Assembly: GCA_963422285.2 (NCBI GenBank)
Contig: CAXXJO010000002.1
Coordinates: 1,310,842-1,374,841 of the forward strand
Length of the DNA: 64,000 nucleotides
Origin: Pseudomonadales bacterium
GTDB lineage: Bacteria > Pseudomonadota > Gammaproteobacteria > Pseudomonadales > Azotimanducaceae
Reading direction: 5' to 3'
The notes under the pieces were generated by a model. That model was not told the origin of the DNA, searched no databases, and worked only from the letters and a program-made list of their open reading frames with translations. Numbering within the stretch: the stretch's first letter is position 1; the number at the start of each line of letters is the position of its first letter. A program made the position numbers and the translations under genes. Shown piece by piece: positions 1 to 9,120 of this stretch.

Positions 1-45
1 GTTTCTCGTTTCGCAGGAGCCTAAGAAATTCAAGCACTTGCGAAC

Positions 46-63
46 TTGGCACGAAAGATGCTT
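46..63 (+). promoter_or_regulatory. candidate sigma-54 (RpoN) -24/-12 promoter upstream of the RND pump gene
   Basis: TTGGCACGaaagATGCTT at 46-63 fits TGGCACG-N4-TTGCW with one mismatch. GG is at 48-49 and GC at 60-61, with canonical spacing. It lies about 40 nt upstream of the ATG at 103. Confidence 0.45.
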
Positions 64-102
64 CTAGTCAGCAGAACCGAGCAGGAATAGCCCGAAGAGT
101 CC

Positions 103-3100
103 ATGAAGTTGATCCGCATCTTCGTCGAGCACCGGCTGGCGGCCAATCTGGGGATGGTGCTGATGGTGCTGGCCGGGGTCTGGGCCATCACTCAGATCAC
201 CGTGCGTCTGAACCCGGTGGCACCCCGGCCTTACGTCAACGCCAACGTCGCTTGGCGGGGCGCGAGCGCCGAGGACATGGAGAAGCTCGTCACCACGCCG
301 CTGGAGCAGCAGCTCAAGACGCTGCCGGACGTGGAGACCATCTGGAGCGTCACCCGCGATGCGGCGTCGTTCGTGCAAGTCGAAATCGACGAGGACGCGG
401 ATGTGCAGGATGCCGTGGACAGCATCAAGCAGCGGCTGTCGCAGATTCGCAGCTTCCCGGTAGAAATCGAACCGCCAACGGTCTATGCGCTGCGTCAGAG
501 CGATCTCGTCGCCGCGGTGCTGGTGACGGGCAACGGCAGCCTGGCCGAGCTCATCCCCTTGGCGCGACAGATGGAGAACGAACTGCTCGGACGCGGCCTC
601 GACTCGGTGGAGTTCAACGGCCTGCCGGCCCAGGAGATTGCCATCCAGGTACACAGCCGTACCCTGTTCGAGCTGGGCTTGAGCTTCGACGAACTCGGTC
701 GCCAGCTTGCGACGCTGTCCACCGATTCGCCTGGCGGCACCATCGGCACCGGGGCGCTGGCTCGCCAGCTGCGCAGCCTCGATCAGCGCCGGGACACCGA
801 CGAGTTCGAGAACCTGCCGATCTTCACTGCCACCGGCGAGCTGGTGCGGCTCGGCGACATCGCCCGGGTGGAGCGCCGGGCGCTGGTGGACCAGCCCTAT
901 CTCGCCGTCGGCGGCAAGCCGGCCATCGCTCTGTTCGTACGCCGGGAGCAGGAGAGCGACTCCCTGGAAGCGGCGCGGAACCTGAACGCCTACCTGGACG
1001 CGAAACGACCCACGCTGCCGGCAGGCGTGCAGCTGAACGTCTTCCTGGAGGCGTGGGTGTTCATCCGCGACGAGCTGGAACTCATCATCGGCAATGGACT
1101 CACTGGCCTGGTGCTGGTAATCGTCGCGCTGATCGCGTTCTTGCGTATGATGCCGGCGTTCTGGGTGATGATGGGCATTCCCGTCACCTTCATGGCGGCG
1201 CTGCTCGGCTTCTACTACCTAGGCGGCAGCATCAACGCCGTCAGCCTGATCGGCTTCATCATGGCGCTCGGCATCGTGGTGGACGACGCCATCGTCGTGG
1301 GCGAAGAGTCGGTCAGCCAATTCGAAGCCGGCAAGTCGCCGGCCGAGGCTGCGACAGCCGGCGCCAAGCGCATGCTGGCGCCGGTGACCGCCTCGTCGCT
1401 GACCACGCTGTGCGCCTTCACGCCACTGATGGCCGCCGGCGACGCGCCCATCAAGGAAATCGCCCTCATCATGCTGGTCGTGATCGCCGCCTCCCTGGTG
1501 GAGTGCTTCCTGATTCTGCCGGGTCATCTGCGCCACGCCTTCGAGTATGTGCGCAAGCGTCCTCCGAGCCGCTTGCGGCAGCGTTTCAATGCCAGCTTCG
1601 AGCGCTTCCGAGAACAGCGTTTCCGCCCCCTGACGGGCCTTGCGCTGGCCAACCGCGGCATCGTGGTGAGCGCGGCGCTGGGCATGTTCCTGCTCATGCT
1701 GCTGGTGTGGATGACAGGCTGGATCAAAATGGAGTTCAACCTGAATCTGGATTTCGAGGAGGTGCGGGCGGACGTGCGCTTCGTTTCCGGCGCGGATGCG
1801 AAAAAGAAGCAGGCGTTCCTGCGTCACCTGGAAGAAGCCTTGGCGGCAACGGACCGGGATCACGGCGGCGACAATCTCGTCAACCATGTCGCCTTCGTCA
1901 ACTCCGCCACCATCGACAACGAATTCAAGACCGGCCCCCAGTACGTCTCCATGCGCGTGGAGATGGTCTCGCCAGAGCAGCGCGAGCTGTCGGCGGACGA
2001 GTTCGCCACCGCTTGGCTGGATCGGGTGCAGCGGTCGCCGGTTGTCGACGCGCTGGCCATCGCCCAGCAGCGCAGCTGGTTTTCGGACTTCTCCATCCTG
2101 CTCAAGGGGCCAGACGCCGAGACCCTCAAGCGGGCTGGCGACGAGGTGATCCGCGAACTGGTGACCTTGAACGGCGTCTCCAACCTGCGCGACAACCTGC
2201 CCTGGGGCAAGGACCAGTGGATTCTCGGGATCACCACGGCCGGGCGGGCACTGGGCCTGTCCACCGGCGACCTCGGCCGCCAACTGCGCGCCGCCTACGA
2301 CGGCCGTCGCATCCAGATTTTCCAGGACCGGGACAACGAGCTGGAAGTTCGGCTGATTCTGCCCGAGGAAGAACGCACGGATCTGTCGCGCATCGGCCAG
2401 TTCCCCATCCAGGCGCCGAACGGCGACATGCTGCCGCTGTCGACGGTCGCCACCATCGAGGCCCGGCGCGGCGTCGACGCCATCCGCCATCACAACACCC
2501 AGCGTACGCTGACCATTCGCGGCGACGTGGACATGAGCGTCATCAGCGGCGGCGAGGTGATCGGCCACTTCAACGAACACATCCGCGACCGGGTGATGCG
2601 GGAATACGGCATCGCCACCGGGCTCGACGAACTGAGCCGCGCCGAGGACGAGGCCGCCAGCGAACTGCTGATCCAGTTTCTCATCGCCCTGGCGCTGATC
2701 TACGTGGTGCTGGCCTGGGTGTTCGCCTCCTGGAGCTGGCCGCTGGCGGTGATGGCGGCGATTCCGCTCGGACTCACCGGTGCCGTGATGGGTCACATCC
2801 TGCTCGGCCTGCACATCAATCCCATGTCGATGCTGGGCCTGTTCACCCTCACCGGCATCATCGTCAACGACTCGATCATTCTGGTCAGCACCTACCAACG
2901 CCTGGTAGCGGAAGGAAGGCCGCCCGAGCAGGCGATCGAGGATGCGGCCTGCCTGCGGTTGCGGCCCGTGATCCTCACCTCGGTGACCACCGTGGCGGGG
3001 CTGTTCCCGCTGATGCTCGAACAGGCGCCGATCGGCGCCATGTTCAAGCCTCTGGCGGTGGTGATCTGCTTCGGCCTGCTGTACGGCACGGTGCTGGTGC

Positions 3101-3222
3101 TGGTGGTGATCCCAGTGCTGCTGTCGCTCATCATCGGCGGCGGCGCCCGGGTATCGAGATGGACTTCGCGGCTGCGGTTCGGGCGGCGGCCGGCCGCGAG
3201 CGTCATGGAGGGAGCGGCATGA
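103..3222 (+). CDS. efflux RND transporter permease subunit (AcrB/HAE family)
   Basis: 1039-aa ORF starting at ATG 103. AcrB-like length and architecture, with TM clusters flanking two large soluble loops. Conserved TM4-type stretch GFIMALGIVVDDAIVV. Confidence 0.9.
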   Translation: MKLIRIFVEHRLAANLGMVLMVLAGVWAITQITVRLNPVAPRPYVNANVAWRGASAEDMEKLVTTPLEQQLKTLPDVETIWSVTRDAASFVQVEIDEDADVQDAVDSIKQRLSQIRSFPVEIEPPTVYALRQSDLVAAVLVTGNGSLAELIPLARQMENELLGRGLDSVEFNGLPAQEIAIQVHSRTLFELGLSFDELGRQLATLSTDSPGGTIGTGALARQLRSLDQRRDTDEFENLPIFTATGELVRLGDIARVERRALVDQPYLAVGGKPAIALFVRREQESDSLEAARNLNAYLDAKRPTLPAGVQLNVFLEAWVFIRDELELIIGNGLTGLVLVIVALIAFLRMMPAFWVMMGIPVTFMAALLGFYYLGGSINAVSLIGFIMALGIVVDDAIVVGEESVSQFEAGKSPAEAATAGAKRMLAPVTASSLTTLCAFTPLMAAGDAPIKEIALIMLVVIAASLVECFLILPGHLRHAFEYVRKRPPSRLRQRFNASFERFREQRFRPLTGLALANRGIVVSAALGMFLLMLLVWMTGWIKMEFNLNLDFEEVRADVRFVSGADAKKKQAFLRHLEEALAATDRDHGGDNLVNHVAFVNSATIDNEFKTGPQYVSMRVEMVSPEQRELSADEFATAWLDRVQRSPVVDALAIAQQRSWFSDFSILLKGPDAETLKRAGDEVIRELVTLNGVSNLRDNLPWGKDQWILGITTAGRALGLSTGDLGRQLRAAYDGRRIQIFQDRDNELEVRLILPEEERTDLSRIGQFPIQAPNGDMLPLSTVATIEARRGVDAIRHHNTQRTLTIRGDVDMSVISGGEVIGHFNEHIRDRVMREYGIATGLDELSRAEDEAASELLIQFLIALALIYVVLAWVFASWSWPLAVMAAIPLGLTGAVMGHILLGLHINPMSMLGLFTLTGIIVNDSIILVSTYQRLVAEGRPPEQAIEDAACLRLRPVILTSVTTVAGLFPLMLEQAPIGAMFKPLAVVICFGLLYGTVLVLVVIPVLLSLIIGGGARVSRWTSRLRFGRRPAASVMEGAA

Positions 3223-4553
3223 AGAAGTGGCTTGCGCAGTGGCTGCGGCGATTCGGAAACCGGTTGCGCGGCGTCCGCCGCAAAACCTGGATGCTGCTGG
3301 CGATCGTGCTGGGCACCGCGACCATCAGCACCGCCCTGGTCGCATTCGCGCCGGAACCGGACCGCAGGCCGGTAGCGGAAACGGCGGTACCGGTGGCCAG
3401 CCTGACCGCCGTGACGGGCACATGGTCGCCGGAAGCGGATCTCTACGGGCGCGTCGAGACGCCCCACGCGGCGCGCTTGACGGCGCTGGTGGCCGCCACG
3501 GTCGATGCCTTGCGGGCACGGGAAGGCGACCGCGTGGCCGCCGGCGATGTGCTGGTGCAGCTGGACGAGACCGACGCTCGCCTGCTGCTGCGCCGCCGCC
3601 AATCGGATCTGGCGGAGGCGCGGGCGGACCTCGAAGCCCTGAAGCTGGCTGGCAGCGACGACCGCGACGTGCTGGAACATCAGCAGGCGCTGCACCAGCT
3701 GGCCTTGAGCAAGGTGAAGCGGTACCGCCAGCTTCGCGCTCAAGGCTCCATCTCCCAGGAAACCTTGAACGCCGTTGTGCAAGACAGCCATGCCCAAGCC
3801 ATCGCGCTGTCCCGCCAGCACAACCAAGTGCAGAGCTTCGAGCACCGACTGGCGCGCGCCGAAGCTCGGGTGACCCGCGCCGAGGCATCGGTGGAGGAGG
3901 CCGGCGTGGGCTTGGACCGTACCCGCATCCGAGCCCCGTTCCCTGGCCGCGTGACCCGCATCGCGGTGGCGCCGGGGGAACTGGTGTCGCCGGGCGGCGT
4001 GGTGGCCGAGATCTACGACGACAGCAACTTGGAGATCCGGGTGCAGATTCCCAACGCCCACTTGCCAGTATTGGGACGTGCCTTGGCGGCGGGCCGCACC
4101 CCCCGCGCCAGCGTCGACTTCGGCGCCTGGCGCGCCAGCGGTGAACTGGACCGGATCAAGGGCGCCGTCGGCAAGGGACAATCCGGCGTCGACGGCCTGG
4201 TGCGGCTGCACCCGGGCCAACCGACTCCGGATCTGGGCCGCGCCGTCCGCCTGCGCATCACGCTGCCGCCGCTGCCGGATGTGGTCGCCGTCCCCATGCA
4301 GGCGGTCTACGGCCAACGCCGGCTGTTCCTCATCGAAGATGACCTGCTCCTCGGCATCGATGTCGAACGCTTGGGCAAAGCCACCGACGCGGACGGCCAG
4401 CTGAAGCTCCTGGTGCGTGCCGAAGAACTCGCAGACGGCACCCGCTACCTGAGTTCGCAGCTGTCCAACGCGGTGACAGGGCTTCGAGTGAAGGTGGTGG
4501 AAGGAGCGTCGGACGAATCGCGTTTGCAGACGGCGCTGCCAGCGAGTGGTTGA
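3219..4553 (+). CDS. efflux RND transporter periplasmic adaptor (MFP/HlyD family)
   Basis: ATG at 3219 overlaps the pump stop (ATGA). N-terminal TM anchor MLLAIVLGTATISTALVAF, a coiled-coil hairpin region, and the lipoyl/beta-barrel motif IRAPFPGRVTRIAVAPGELV. The part of ORF 252..4553 upstream of 3219 is a shadow of the pump gene. Confidence 0.85.
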   Translation: MKKWLAQWLRRFGNRLRGVRRKTWMLLAIVLGTATISTALVAFAPEPDRRPVAETAVPVASLTAVTGTWSPEADLYGRVETPHAARLTALVAATVDALRAREGDRVAAGDVLVQLDETDARLLLRRRQSDLAEARADLEALKLAGSDDRDVLEHQQALHQLALSKVKRYRQLRAQGSISQETLNAVVQDSHAQAIALSRQHNQVQSFEHRLARAEARVTRAEASVEEAGVGLDRTRIRAPFPGRVTRIAVAPGELVSPGGVVAEIYDDSNLEIRVQIPNAHLPVLGRALAAGRTPRASVDFGAWRASGELDRIKGAVGKGQSGVDGLVRLHPGQPTPDLGRAVRLRITLPPLPDVVAVPMQAVYGQRRLFLIEDDLLLGIDVERLGKATDADGQLKLLVRAEELADGTRYLSSQLSNAVTGLRVKVVEGASDESRLQTALPASG

Positions 4554-5077
4554 GCACGGACTCGGGGATCTACCTGCGGACGGCATCCATCCGCACCCAT
4601 CGGACGAGGAACAGCCACTTGGCTGCCATGGCAGTTCCAACCTTCCGTTTGGGAATTGCGCATCAGAATCCGCAAAACTCGCGGTCGGCGACGGTCGAGT
4701 TCGCTCCCGGTGGCTTGCGATTCTCGCTTCGGCGACCGGGAAGCCGCGGGCCTGGCCGTCGTCCGCAGCGCATCGAACAGATTCGCCTCGCGCCGTTCGT
4801 CACGGCCTTCCTTGTCGAACGGGTTGCAACTGGCCCGCCATCCCCGCCGCCCTGCGCCTTCGCAACCCATGCGCCAGTGGTTGCGCGGATTTTGCTACGC
4901 AATTCCCTTCCGTTTCCCGTCAGCCCTTGTGCCCTGGCACAACCGACATGAGACGCATTCCTTGCAGAGCGCGCCGACGGCTCCGCAGTATCAATCCGGA
5001 TGGAAGAACGCCTAAACTGGATTGTGCTGCGGATCTAGGCAAACAGGTTTGCGCACCACAGCCAGAGGGGGCGTGAA

Positions 5078-5935
5078 GTGACGGAAGACATCGTACGCCT
5101 CGAGGCGGTTCTGGAGCGTCTGCTGACGAAGGGGGACGTCCCTGCTCGGCTGCGGGATGCCATGCGCTACGCGGTGCTCGGCGGCGGCAAGCGCATCCGG
5201 GCCCGCCTCGTCTACGCGGCTGGCCGGCTGGGCGGCGCCTGCTTTGGCGTCCTGGACCGCGCTGCGGCCGCAGTGGAGATGATCCACGCCTACTCGCTGG
5301 TCCACGACGATCTGCCGGCCATGGACGACGATGCCTTGCGCCGCGGTCAGCCGACTCTGCACATTCGCTACGACGAAGCCACCGCCATCCTGGTCGGCGA
5401 CGCCTTGCAGGCACTGGCCTTCGAGGTGGCCAGTGCCGATGCCGTCGAACTCCGCCTCGCCCGCCGCTGGGTGCGTCTGCTGGCCAACGCCGCCGGGGCC
5501 GAGGGCATGGTTGGCGGCCAAGTGCTGGATATGGAAGGCGAGACCCGGCGGCTGAGCGTAGCCGAACTGGAGACCATGCACCGTACCAAGTGCTGCGCTT
5601 TGATCCGCGCAGCGGTGGGGATGGGGGTCGCGGCGGGGGCCTTCTCCAGCACGGAAGCGGAGGCGCTGGACGCATTCGCCGCCGAAATCGGGCTGGCGTT
5701 CCAGATCCACGACGACGTTCTCGACGTCACCGCCACTACCGCGGCGCTAGGCAAACCCCAAGGCGCGGATGTGCGCCAAGGCAAGTCTACCTACGTCGGG
5801 CTGCTGGGCGTCGACGGCGCTCGCGCCGAAGCGCGACGACGGCTGCATCTCGCTTGCGATCATCTGGAGCTATTCGGCAGCCGCGCACAGACGCTGCTGG
5901 AGATCGCTCGCTTCGTGGTCGAGCGAAGTCATTAG
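5078..5935 (+). CDS. ispA: (2E,6E)-farnesyl/geranyl diphosphate synthase (polyprenyl synthetase family)
   Basis: 285 aa with a GTG start, preceded by AGAGGGGG. First Asp-rich motif is LVHDDLPAMDDDALRRG and the second is FQIHDDVLD. Confidence 0.85.
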   Translation: MTEDIVRLEAVLERLLTKGDVPARLRDAMRYAVLGGGKRIRARLVYAAGRLGGACFGVLDRAAAAVEMIHAYSLVHDDLPAMDDDALRRGQPTLHIRYDEATAILVGDALQALAFEVASADAVELRLARRWVRLLANAAGAEGMVGGQVLDMEGETRRLSVAELETMHRTKCCALIRAAVGMGVAAGAFSSTEAEALDAFAAEIGLAFQIHDDVLDVTATTAALGKPQGADVRQGKSTYVGLLGVDGARAEARRRLHLACDHLELFGSRAQTLLEIARFVVERSH

Positions 5936-5979
5936 AAACACAAGACCTCGAGCAGAGAACAAGATACAAGGAGACGACC

Positions 5980-7593
5980 GTGGCCGAACCGGAACTGCGC
6001 AAACCCGTCGAACTGGCGTCCAACGATCTCGATTGGACCGGTCGCTGGCACGGCGAAGACATCTGGCAGGTGCTGACCGCGGCCCGCGACGGCGACCTGG
6101 AGCGCTTGAGAGCACTCGTCGAGCGCGATCCGACGCTGGTGCAGGCGGAGTTCTGGTACACGCCGCCGCTGCACTTCGCCGTCCGGGAAGGCCACCTGGA
6201 CGCCGTGCGCCTGCTCACCGAGACCGGAGCCGATATCTTCCACCGCACTCTGTACAGCCAGGAAACGCTGCTGGATGTCGCTCTGGATCGCGGCCACGAC
6301 GACGTCGCGCACCATCTTCGCGGCGAGCTTCGCCGCCGCGCCAACTCCGAAGGCGACCGACACGCCATCCACGACGCGGTAGCGGCCAGCGAAACCACGG
6401 CCATCGAACGCCTGCTGGCCGCGCAGCCCGACCTCGTCAATCGCGGCGACGCCTTAGGCCGCCGGCCGCTGCACTACGCCGTCGAGGCCGGTCGCAAGGA
6501 ACTGGCGGATCTGCTGCTCGATCGCGGCGCGCAGGTGGACGCTGCCGGCTTCAGCAGCGACGACCGGCTGGGTGGCTACGGTTTCCGTCCCGTGGCGCTA
6601 GCGCTCTGGCATCATCCGTACTGGCGTCAGCGCAACGACTACGACATCGCCCGCCGCCTGCTGGCCAGAGGGGCGCGCTACTCCATCACCATCGCCGCCG
6701 CCCTGGGCGACGAAGACCGGGTACGCGAACTGCTGGGCACGAACGCAGCACTCGCCAACGAGCAAGAACCCGGCGGCAAGCGGCCGCTATCCGCCGCCGC
6801 GGAACGCGGCCACGGCACCATCGTCCAACGCTTGCTGGCTGCCGGCGCCGACCCGAACTTGCCGGAAGGTCCCAACTGCCCGCGCGGCTACGCGCTGTGG
6901 GCGGCGGCCCGCTTCGACCATCGGCAAATCGCCGAGGAGCTCCTGGCAGCAGGCGCGGATGCCAATGCCGATGTCGAATCGTCCGGCACGCCCACGGGCT
7001 CCGCCGGGAACGCCGAGATGCGTGCTCTGCTCTACTGCCACGGCGGTCGCGTACCGCTTTCCCAACATGTCCACGACGGCAATATCGACGCTGTCGCTGC
7101 GCTGCTCGACGCCAAGCCGGAGCTGTTCGACGAAATCCGAACTACGGAAGCGTTCACCTTGGCGGTATCCGCCGGCCACGATGCCATCGTGCGGCTGCTG
7201 CTGGCCCGCGGCTTGCGCATCCCCACAGTGGTGACCAGCTGCCAAACCTACCTGTGGCGATCGCTGGAACTCGGCCGGCTGCTCCTTGCTCGCGGCATGG
7301 ACGCGAACCTGCCCAACTGGCAGCAGGTGACGCCGCTGCACCACATCGCCGGCAAGGGAGACATCAACGCCGCCCGGCTGTTTCTGGAATTCGGGGCCGA
7401 TGCCAACGCCATCGACGAGGAATACCGCTCGACGCCGCTGGGCTGGGCGGCGCGTACCGGGCACAGCGACTTCGTCCGCTTCGCCCTGGAAAACGGCTTC
7501 GACCCCGCCCTGCCGGCGGCACCCGAGTGGGCGCGACCGGCGGCCTGGGCGCGACGACGCGGGCATCGGGAGATTGTCGAATTGCTGGAGTAG
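5980..7593 (+). CDS. ankyrin repeat-containing protein
   Basis: GTG at 5980 with AAGGAG 8 nt upstream. At least 5 clear ANK repeats, e.g. PLHFAVREGHLDAVRLLTETGAD, RPLHYAVEAGRKELADLLLDRGAQVD, TPLHHIAGKGDINAARLFLEFGADAN. The upstream part of ORF 5590..7593 overlaps ispA and was rejected. Confidence 0.75.
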   Translation: MAEPELRKPVELASNDLDWTGRWHGEDIWQVLTAARDGDLERLRALVERDPTLVQAEFWYTPPLHFAVREGHLDAVRLLTETGADIFHRTLYSQETLLDVALDRGHDDVAHHLRGELRRRANSEGDRHAIHDAVAASETTAIERLLAAQPDLVNRGDALGRRPLHYAVEAGRKELADLLLDRGAQVDAAGFSSDDRLGGYGFRPVALALWHHPYWRQRNDYDIARRLLARGARYSITIAAALGDEDRVRELLGTNAALANEQEPGGKRPLSAAAERGHGTIVQRLLAAGADPNLPEGPNCPRGYALWAAARFDHRQIAEELLAAGADANADVESSGTPTGSAGNAEMRALLYCHGGRVPLSQHVHDGNIDAVAALLDAKPELFDEIRTTEAFTLAVSAGHDAIVRLLLARGLRIPTVVTSCQTYLWRSLELGRLLLARGMDANLPNWQQVTPLHHIAGKGDINAARLFLEFGADANAIDEEYRSTPLGWAARTGHSDFVRFALENGFDPALPAAPEWARPAAWARRRGHREIVELLE

Positions 7594-7727
7594 CCAGTGC
7601 CAAAAGGCGGTTCGCCCGCTGGACAGGTGAAGAAGCCGTCAGCCCTACCATGCCCGCTTCAACGGCTCATGGGCATCCCCGTCCTTCGCTGCCAGGCCGA
7701 AAATCCGAGGCTTGCGGCACGGCCCAT

Positions 7728-8152
7728 TGCGAACGCTTTTTCAACACCGCCGGCCCGGCCATTGCGGAAATGCCCTATCACCTGCCGCCGCTGGCGCACT
7801 TGGAAATCGACGCGGCGCTGTTCCTGATCCTGCAGTGGAAGCGCTTCGTACTGCGCACCCTCGCCAGACCGGCAAGGCCTCGACGCTGCTGGCCCTGGAC
7901 GATCTGTTCAATGCCGACGGCCGCTACCGCTGCGTACATATGCCAATGGGGAGGCAGCGGATCGTGATCGAATGCAAGGTGGCGCGCGGCAGCGTGGAGC
8001 GGACGATGCAGGCCGGGATCGAGCAGACGCGAGCGTACATGGACCGACGCACAGCGGACGAAAGACACCTAATGGCGTGCGATCGCCAGTCGGAGACGTC
8101 CTGGGAGGAAAAGGTGTTCGGCGGGACAGCGACACGGCCCGGGGCACTGTAG
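7728..8152 (+). pseudogene. remnant of an AAA-ATPase / PD-(D/E)XK (PDDEXK_9-like) gene, with a start-less N-terminal piece joined to the C-terminal nuclease piece
   Basis: ERFFNTAGP..YHLPPL..FVL, then a frameshift, then RQTGKASTLLALDDLFNADGRYRCV runs directly into QRIVIECKVARGSVERTMQAGIEQTRAYMD. This is collinear with the two ends of the gene at 53801-55422, but about 400 codons are missing. Confidence 0.7.
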
Positions 8153-8191
8153 GCATTGACCCCGGACCAGCCGTGGCTGGTAACCGCGTTG

Positions 8192-9076
8192 CTAGGTGGC
8201 GGATGCCGCGACGATGCTGGCGATGGATTCGTCGAGGCGGGCGGCAAACGTTTCGTCGTCCAGATCCACCCTCAGGCCCTCGGTCAAGGCCCGGGAGAAG
8301 CTGGCGACGACACCGTGGTTGGCGGCCAGCTTGGCATTGGCCGTCTCCCTGGAGTAGCCGCCCGAGAGAGCCACCACGCGCAACACCTTCGGATGCGAGC
8401 AGAACTCGCGGTAGTAGTTCGGCTGCTCCGGCAGAGTCAGCTTGAACATCACCGGCAGTTCGCCGTCGAGGGCGTCGAGGCCGGTGCGCAGATTGTCCCG
8501 CAGCAGTTCTTCGCAGGCGGCCTTGTCCGGCGCGTGGATGTCCACTTCGGGTTCGATGATGGGCACCAGGCCGTGGCAGCGAATGTCCCGGGCCAGTGCG
8601 AACTGCTGCTCCACCACCGCGGCGATGCCGTCCGGGTTGGCCGCCTTGACGACGGAACGCATCTTGGTGCCGAACACGTCCAGGGCCCGGGCCCAGGGCA
8701 GCCGTTCGGCGAGGTCGGGTATCGGCTTCATCGTCTGCACCCCGTCGTGCTCGTCGGCGAGGCCGTAGTCCACCTTCAGAAACGGCAGGATGCGCTTCTG
8801 CCGCCACAGGTATTCGCTGGTGGGGACGCCGCCTGCCTCCCGTTCCAGAGTGTTCTGGAACAGGATGGCACCGAGTATCCGCTTGCCGTCGAAGCGCTCG
8901 CTGGCGACGATGCGGGTGCGCATGGCATGCGCGAGGTCGAACATCTCCTCGTCTGTGGCATAGGCGGATTCGTCAATGCCGTAGAGCTTGAGCGCCTTGG
9001 GCGTACTGCCGCCGCTCTGGTCCAGAGCGGCGATGAACCCCGCGCCGTCACGCATGTGTTGAATCTGCGCCGTCAT
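8192..9076 (-). CDS. class I fructose-bisphosphate aldolase
   Basis: Start MTAQIQHMRDGAGFIAALDQSGGSTPKAL at 9076. The length of about 294 aa and motifs such as ILPFLKVDYGL and VVALSGGYSRE fit bacterial class I FBA. Confidence 0.75.
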   Translation of the reverse strand: MTAQIQHMRDGAGFIAALDQSGGSTPKALKLYGIDESAYATDEEMFDLAHAMRTRIVASERFDGKRILGAILFQNTLEREAGGVPTSEYLWRQKRILPFLKVDYGLADEHDGVQTMKPIPDLAERLPWARALDVFGTKMRSVVKAANPDGIAAVVEQQFALARDIRCHGLVPIIEPEVDIHAPDKAACEELLRDNLRTGLDALDGELPVMFKLTLPEQPNYYREFCSHPKVLRVVALSGGYSRETANAKLAANHGVVASFSRALTEGLRVDLDDETFAARLDESIASIVAASAT

Positions 9077-9120
9077 CGCGCCACTCTTGTCGCTGAGAGC
9101 GCAAGAGTATCGCAAGCGAC

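Noticed and set aside
252-3218. 5' two-thirds of the 1433-codon ORF 252..4553, overlapping the RND pump in another frame
   Set aside because: The translation is Arg/Gly/Pro/Ala-rich low complexity, typical of an off-frame read of high-GC coding DNA. Recognisable adaptor homology starts only at the ATG at 3219, which overlaps the pump stop.
1219-4640. Long minus-strand ORFs 1219..2898 (559 aa) and 2892..4640 (582 aa), antisense to the efflux genes
   Set aside because: These are shadow ORFs. They have biased Arg/His/Gly/Ala composition and no motifs, and they are fully covered by well-supported plus-strand genes.
4648-4910. 10-bp inverted match GGGAATTGCG / CGCAATTCCC about 240 bp apart in the adaptor-ispA spacer
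   Set aside because: A single 10-mer inverted match at this distance is expected by chance several times in 64 kb. There is no supporting structure or terminal-repeat context.
4934-4950. Second TGGCAC string upstream of ispA as a possible sigma-54 promoter
   Set aside because: No GC dinucleotide lies at the required -12 spacing (TGGCACaaccgacatga).
5590-5979. Upstream extension of the ankyrin ORF overlapping the 3' end of ispA
   Set aside because: Arg/Gly-rich shadow sequence. A GTG with a good AAGGAG site at 5980 follows the ispA stop and begins the sensible protein sequence.
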